From Auanema rhodensis (Eukaryota; Animalia; Nematoda): DNA of 64,000 nt. The translations under genes were made by a program, and so were the position numbers. The notes beneath the pieces are model-generated. The model had not been told where the DNA came from, searched no databases, and worked only from the letters and a program-made list of their open reading frames with translations. Within the stretch, counting starts at the first letter, position 1, and each line of letters starts with the position of its first letter. Shown piece after piece: positions 56,801 to 64,000 of this stretch. The DNA is taken from contig OZ059898.1 in assembly GCA_964057225.1 (NCBI GenBank), positions 20,522,001 to 20,586,000 of the forward strand, in the 5' to 3' direction.

Positions 56801-59800
56801 TTGAAAAATTTCAGAATAATTTAGCAAAAAGTAGATGTTTTTAGATTCCATTTTTCAAGGCAAAGACGATGGACAATGTTATTCAACGAAAAAATTAATT
56901 CTTCAGGGTGAAAATCGAGGATATAAGTGTGAACTTATATCAGTTGATATCTCGGTGCATTTTTAAGCTAGCGCAAATCTGATAACACAGATCGGCGCAG
57001 CTTAAAAATCCGCATCGAATGCACTATACTACATTGAGAAACGCTTAATACAAAAATTAGTTATGATCCTTTGAAAAATGATGCATTAGTGTATGTTGAG
57101 TTTCCATGTACACTCAACAATGCTTCCAAAAACACTTTGACAAAAATTTTTTCGAAAAATTTCAAAATAATTTAGCAAAAAGTAGATGTTTTTAGATTCC
57201 TTTTTTCAAGGCAAAGACGATGGACAATGTTATTCAACGAAAAAATTATTCCTTCACGGTGAAAATCGAGGATATAAGTGTGAACTTATATCAGTTGATA
57301 TCTCGGTGCATTTTTAAGCTAGCGCAAATCTGATAACACAGATCGACGCAGCTTAAAAATCCGCATCGAATGCACTATACTACATTGAGAAACGCTTAAT
57401 ACAAAAATTAGTTATGATCGTTTGAAAAATGATGCATTAGTGTATGTTGAATTTCCATGTACACTCAACATTGCTTCCAAAAACATTTTGACAAAAATTT
57501 TTTTGAAAAATTTCAGAATAATTTAGCAAAAAGTAGATGTTTTTAGATTCCATTTTTCAAGGCAAAGACGATGGACAATGTTATTCAACGAAAAAATTAT
57601 TCCTTCAGGGTGAAAATCGAGGATATAAGTGTGAACTTATATCAGTTGATATCTCGGTGCATTTTTAAGCTAGCGCAAATCTGATAACACAGATCGACGC
57701 AGCTTAAAAATCCGCATCGAATGCACTATACTACATTGAGAAACGCTTAATACAAAAATTAGTTATGATCGTTTGAAAAATGATGCATTAGTGTATGTTG
57801 AGTTTCCATGTACACTCAACATTGCTTCCAAAAACATTTTGACAAAAATTTTTTCGAAAAATTTCAAAATAATTTAGCAAAAAGTAGATGTTTTCAGATT
57901 CCTTTATTCAAGGCAAAGACGATGGACAATGTTATTCAACGAAAAAATTAATTCTTCAGGGTGAAAATCGAGGATATAAATGTGAACTTATATCAGTTGA
58001 TATCTCGGTGCATTTTTAAGCTAGCGCAAATCTGATAACACAGATCGACGCAGCTTAAAAATCCGCATCGAATGCACTATACTACATTGAGAAACGCTTA
58101 ATACAAAAATTAGTTATGATCGTTTGAAAAATGATGCATTAGTGTATGTTGAGTTTCCATGTACACTCAACATTGCTTCCAAAAACATTTTGACAAAAAT
58201 TTTTTTGAAAAATTTCAGAATAATTTAGCAAAAAGTAGATGTTTTTAGATTCCATTTTTCAAGGCAAAGACGATGGACAATGTTATTCAACGAAAAAATT
58301 AATTCTTCAGGGTGAAAATCGAGGATATAAGTGTGAACTTATATCAGTTGATATCTCGGTGCATTTTTAAGCTAGCGCAAATCTGATAACACAGATCGGC
58401 GCAGCTTAAAAATCCGCATCGAATGCACTATACTACATTGAGAAACGCTTAATACAAAAATTAGTTATGATCCTTTGAAAAATGATGCATTAGTGTATGT
58501 TGAGTTTCCATGTACACTCAACAATGCTTCCAAAAACACTTTGACAAAAATTTTTTCGAAAAATTTCAAAATAATTTAGCAAAAAGTAGATGTTTTTAGA
58601 TTCCTTTTTTCAAGGCAAAGACGATGGACAATGTTATTCAACGAAAAAATTATTCCTTCACGGTGAAAATCGAGGATATAAGTGTGAACTTATATCAGTT
58701 GATATCTCGGTGCATTTTTAAGCTAGCGCAAATCTGATAACACAGATCGACGCAGCTTAAAAATCCGCATCGAATGCACTATACTACATTGAGAAACGCT
58801 TAATACAAAAATTAGTTATGATCGTTTGAAAAATGATGCATTAGTGTATGTTGAGTTTCCATGTACACTCAACATTGCTTCCAAAAACATTTTGACAAAA
58901 ATTTTTTCGAAAAATTTCAAAATAATTTAGCAAAAAGTAGATGTTTTTAAATTTTTTATTTCAAGACAAAGACGATGGACATTGTTATTCAACGAAAAAA
59001 TTAATTCTTCAGGGTGAAAATCGAGGATATAAGTGTGAACTTATATCAGTTGATATCTCGGTGCATTTTTAAGCTAGCGCAAATCTGATAACACAGATCG
59101 ACGCAGCTTAAAAATCCGCATCGAATGCACTATACTACATTGAGAAACGCTTAATACAAAAATTAGTTATGATCGTTTGAAAAATGATGCATTAGTGTAT
59201 GTTGAATTTCCATGTACACTCAACATTGCTTCCAAAAACATTTTGACAAAAATTTTTTTGAAAAATTTCAGAATAATTTAGCAAAAAGTAGATGTTTTTA
59301 GATTCCATTTTTCAAGGCAAAGACGATGGACAATGTTATTCAACGAAAAAATTATTCCTTCAGGGTGAAAATCGAGGATATAAGTGTGAACTTATATCAG
59401 TTGATATCTCGGTGCATTTTTAAGCTAGCGCAAATCTGATAACACAGATCGACGCAGCTTAAAAATCCGCATCGAATGCACTATACTACATTGAGAAACG
59501 CTTAATACAAAAATTAGTTATGATCGTTTGAAAAATGATGCATTAGTGTATGTTGAGTTTCCATGTACACTCAACATTGCTTCCAAAAACATTTTGACAA
59601 AAATTTTTTCGAAAAATTTCAAAATAATTTAGCAAAAAGTAGATGTTTTTAGATTCCTTTATTCAAGGCAAAGACGATGGACAATGTTATTCAACGAAAA
59701 AATTAATTCTTCAGGGTGAAAATCGAGGATATAAATGTGAACTTATATCAGTTGATATCTCGGTGCATTTTTAAGCTAGCGCAAATCTGATAACACAGAT

Positions 59801-62800
59801 CGACGCAGCTTAAAAATCCGCATCGAATGCACTATACTACATTGAGAAACGCTTAATACAAAAATTAGTTATGATCGTTTGAAAAATGATGCATTAGTGT
59901 ATGTTGAGTTTCCATGTACACTCAACATTGCTTCCAAAAACATTTTGACAAAAATTTTTTTGAAAAATTTCAGAATAATTTAGCAAAAAGTAGATGTTTT
60001 TAGATTCCATTTTTCAAGGCAAAGACGATGGACAATGTTATTCAACGAAAAAATTAATTCTTCAGGGTGAAAATCGAGGATATAAGTGTGAACTTATATC
60101 AGTTGATATCTCGGTGCATTTTTAAGCTAGCGCAAATCTGATAACACAGATCGGCGCAGCTTAAAAATCCGCATCGAATGCACTATACTACATTGAGAAA
60201 CGCTTTATACAAAAATTAGTTATGATCCTTTGAAAAATGATGCATTAGTGTATGTTGAGTTTCCATGTACACTCAACAATGCTTCCAAAAACACTTTGAC
60301 AAAAATTTTTTCGAAAAATTTCAAAATAATTTAGCAAAAAGTAGATGTTTTTAGATTCCTTTTTTCAAGGCAAAGACGATGGACAATGTTATTCAACGAA
60401 AAAATTATTCCTTCACGGTGAAAATCGAGGATATAAGTGTGAACTTATATCAGTTGATATCTCGGTGCATTTTTAAGCTAGCGCAAATCTGATAACACAG
60501 ATCGACGCAGCTTAAAAATCCGCATCGAATGCACTATACTACATTGAGAAACGCTTAATACAAAAATTAGTTATGATCGTTTGAAAAATGATGCATTAGT
60601 GTATGTTGAGTTTCCATGTACACTCAACATTGCTTCCAAAAACATTTTGACAAAAATTTTTTTCGAAAAATTTCAAAATAATTTAGCAAAAAGTAGATGT
60701 TTTTAAATTTTTTATTTCAAGACAAAGACGATGGACATTGTTATTCAACGAAAAAATTAATTCTTCAGGGTGAAAATCGAGGATATAAGTGTGAACTTAT
60801 ATCAGTTGATATCTCGGTGCATTTTTAAGCTAGCGCAAATCTGATAACACAGATCGACGCAGCTTAAAAATCCGCATCGAATGCACTATACTACATTGAG
60901 AAACGCTTAATACAAAAATTAGTTATGATCGTTTGAAAAATGATGCATTAGTGTATGTTGAGTTTCCATGTACACTCAACATTGCTTCCAAAAACATTTT
61001 GACAAAAATTTTTTCGAAAAATTTCAAAATAATTTAGCAAAAAGTAGATGTTTTTAGATTCCTTTATTCAAGGCAAAGACGATGGACAATGTTATTCAAC
61101 GAAAAAATTAATTCTTCAGGGTGAAAATCGAGGATATAAATGTGAACTTATATCAGTTGATATCTCGGTGCATTTTTAAGCTAGCGCAAATCTGATAACA
61201 CAGATCGACGCAGCTTAAAAATCCGCATCGAATGCACTATACTACATTGAGAAACGCTTAATACAAAAATTAGTTATGATCGTTTGAAAAATGATGCATT
61301 AGTGTATGTTGAATTTCCATGTACACTCAACATTGCTTCCAAAAACATTTTGACAAAAATTTTTTTGAAAAATTTCAGAATAATTTAGCAAAAAGTAGAT
61401 GTTTTTAGATTCCATTTTTCAAGGCAAAGACGATGGACAATGTTATTCAACGAAAAAATTAATTCTTCAGGGTGAAAATCGAGGATATAAGTGTGAACTT
61501 ATATCAGTTGATATCTCGGTGCATTTTTAAGCTAGCGCAAATCTGATAACACAGATCGGCGCAGCTTAAAAATCCGCATCGAATGCACTATACTACATTG
61601 AGAAACGCTTAATACAAAAATTAGTTATGATCCTTTGAAAAATGATGCATTAGTGTATGTTGAGTTTCCATGTACACTCAACATTGCTTCCAAAAACATT
61701 TTGACAAAAATTTTTTCGAAAAATTTCAAAATAATTTAGCAAAAAGTAGATGTTTTTAAATTTCTTATTTCAAGACAAAGACGATGGACATTGTTATTCA
61801 ACGAAAAAATTAATTCTTCAGGGTGAAAATCGAGGATATAAGTGTGAACTTATATCAGTTGATATCTCGGTGCATTTTTAAGCTAGCGCAAATCTGATAA
61901 CACAGATCGACGCAGCTTAAAAATCCGCATCGAATGCACTATACTACATTGAGAAACGCTTAATACAAAAATTAGTTATGATCGTTTGAAAAATGATGCA
62001 TTAGTGTATGTTGAGTTTCCATGTACACTCAACATTGCTTCCAAAAACATTTTGACAAAAATTTTTTCGAAAAATTTCAAAATAATTTAGCAAAAAGTAG
62101 ATGTTTTTAGATTCCTTCATTCAAGGCAAAGACGATGGACAATGTTATTCAACGAAAAAATTAATTCTTCAGGGTGAAAATCGAGGATATAAGTGTGAAC
62201 TTATATCAGTTGATATCTCGGTGCATTTTTAAGCTAGCGCAAATCTGATAACACAGATCGACGCAACTTAACAATCCGCATCGAATGCACTATACTACAT
62301 TGAGAAACGCTTAATACAAAAATTAGTTATGATTCCTTGAAAAATGATGCATTAGTGTATGTTGAGTTTCCATGTACACTCAACATTGCTTCCAAAAACA
62401 TTTTGACAAAAATTTTTTCGAAAAATTTCAGAATAATTTAGCAAAAAGTAGATGTTTTTAGATTCCATTTTTCAAGGCAAAGACGATGGACAATGTTATT
62501 CAACGAAAAAATTATTCCTTCAGGGTGAAAATCGAGGATATAAGTGTGAACTTATATCAGTTGATATCTCGGTGCATTTTTAAGCTAGCGCAAATCTGAT
62601 AACACAGATCGACGCAGCTTAAAAATCCGCATCGAATGCACTATACTACATTGAGAAACGCTTAATACAAAAATCAGTTATGATCGTTTGAAAAATGATG
62701 CATTAGTGTATGTTGAGTTTCCATGTACACTCAACATTGCTTCCAAAAACATTTTGACAAAAATTTTTTCGAAAAATTTCAAAATAATTTAGCAAAAAGT

Positions 62801-63614
62801 AGATGTTTTTAGATTCCTTTATTCAAGGCAAAGACGATGGACAATGTTATTCAACGAAAAAATTAATTCTTCAGGGTGAAAATCGAGGATATAAATGTGA
62901 ACTTATATCAGTTGATATCTCGGTGCATTTTTAAGCTAGCGCAAATCTGATAACACAGATCGACGCAGCTTAAAAATCCGCATCGAATGCACTATACTAC
63001 ATTGAGAAACGCTTAATACAAAAATTAGTTATGATCGTTTGAAAAATGATGCATTAGTGTATGTTGAGTTTCCATGTACACTCAACATTGCTTCCAAAAA
63101 CATTTTGACAAAAATTTTTTTGAAAAATTTCAGAATAATTTAGCAAAAAGTAGATGTTTTTAGATTCCATTTTTCAAGGCAAAGACGATGGACAATGTTA
63201 TTCAACGAAAAAATTAATTCTTCAGGGTGAAAATCGAGGATATAAGTGTGAACTTATATCAGTTGATATCTCGGTGCATTTTTAAGCTAGCGCAAATCTG
63301 ATAACACAGATCGGCGCAGCTTAAAAATCCGCATCGAATGCACTATACTACATTGAGAAACGCTTAATACAAAAATTAGTTATGATCCTTTGAAAAATGA
63401 TGCATTAGTGTATGTTGAGTTTCCATGTACACTCAACAATGCTTCCAAAAACACTTTGACAAAAATTTTTTCGAAAAATTTCAAAATAATTTAGCAAAAA
63501 GTAGATGTTTTTAGATTCCTTTTTTCAAGGCAAAGACGATGGACAATGTTATTCAACGAAAAAATTATTCCTTCACGGTGAAAATCGAGGATATAAGTGT
63601 GAACTTATATCAGT
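41851..63614. repeat. HOR domain 2: mainly a 5-mer (1755 bp) A-B-C-D-E* with local slips
   Basis: The C-type marker CACGGTG lies at 43567/45322 and 50587/52342/54097 (spacing 1755). E* carries GTTGAATTTCC. Confidence 0.82.
50977..63614. repeat. Tandem duplication of an 18-monomer block (2 x 6319 bp)
   Basis: Seven private markers recur exactly 6319 bp (18x351+1) apart; see the findings. Confidence 0.92.
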
Positions 63615-64000
63615 TGATATCTCGGTGCATTTTTAAGCTAGCGCAAATCTGATAACACAGATCGACGCAGCTTAAAAATCCGCATCGAATGCACTATACT
63701 ACATTGAGAAACGCTTAATACAAAAATTAGTTATGATCCTTTGAAAAATGATGCATTAGTGTATGTTGAGTTTCCATGTACACTCAACAATGCTTCCAAA
63801 AACACTTTGACAAAAATTTTTTCGAAAAATTTCAAAATAATTTAGCAAAAAGTAGATGTTTTTAGATTCCATTTTTCAAGGCAAAGACGATGGACATTGT
63901 TATTCAACGAAAAAATTAATTCTTCAGGGTGAAAATCGAGGATATAAGTGTGAACTTATATCAGTTGATATCTCGGTGCATTTTTAAGCTAGCGCAAATC

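Larger units (their letters stand above)
1..64000. repeat. Satellite DNA array, 351-bp monomer, 183 complete copies plus a 35-bp partial copy, head-to-tail; extends beyond both window ends
   Basis: TGATATCTCGGTGCATTTTTAAGC recurs at 1, 352, 703 ... 3511, 7021, 14041 (multiples of 351 plus 1) and on to 63966. Phase shifts are fully explained by the listed indels. Monomers differ at only a few diagnostic sites, and I saw no unique sequence. Confidence 0.99.

Noticed and set aside
1-64000. CRISPR array suggested by regularly spaced palindromes
   Set aside because: There are no unique spacers, the whole 351 bp repeats, and no cas genes are present.

Overview
The whole window is one uninterrupted head-to-tail tandem array of a 351-bp AT-rich monomer (about 32% GC), i.e. 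eukaryotic-type satellite DNA. It holds 183 complete monomers plus 35 bp, all in one orientation. The lengths add up exactly: 183x351, minus four 64-bp deletions and seven 2-bp deletions, plus two 1-bp insertions, puts the last monomer start at 63966. I found no CDS, RNA gene, CRISPR array or inserted mobile element, and no protein-coding system. The interest lies in the array architecture. Each monomer is a chain of inverted repeats. Diagnostic variants define monomer types that recur in a fixed order (A-B-C-D-x) as nascent 4- to 8-mer higher-order repeats (HORs). There are nested 6-mer (2106 bp) and 18-mer (6319 bp) tandem duplications, a 287-bp monomer lacking the main hairpin, and signs of layered expansion. 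I cannot assign the species or satellite family, and centromeric function is only an inference.
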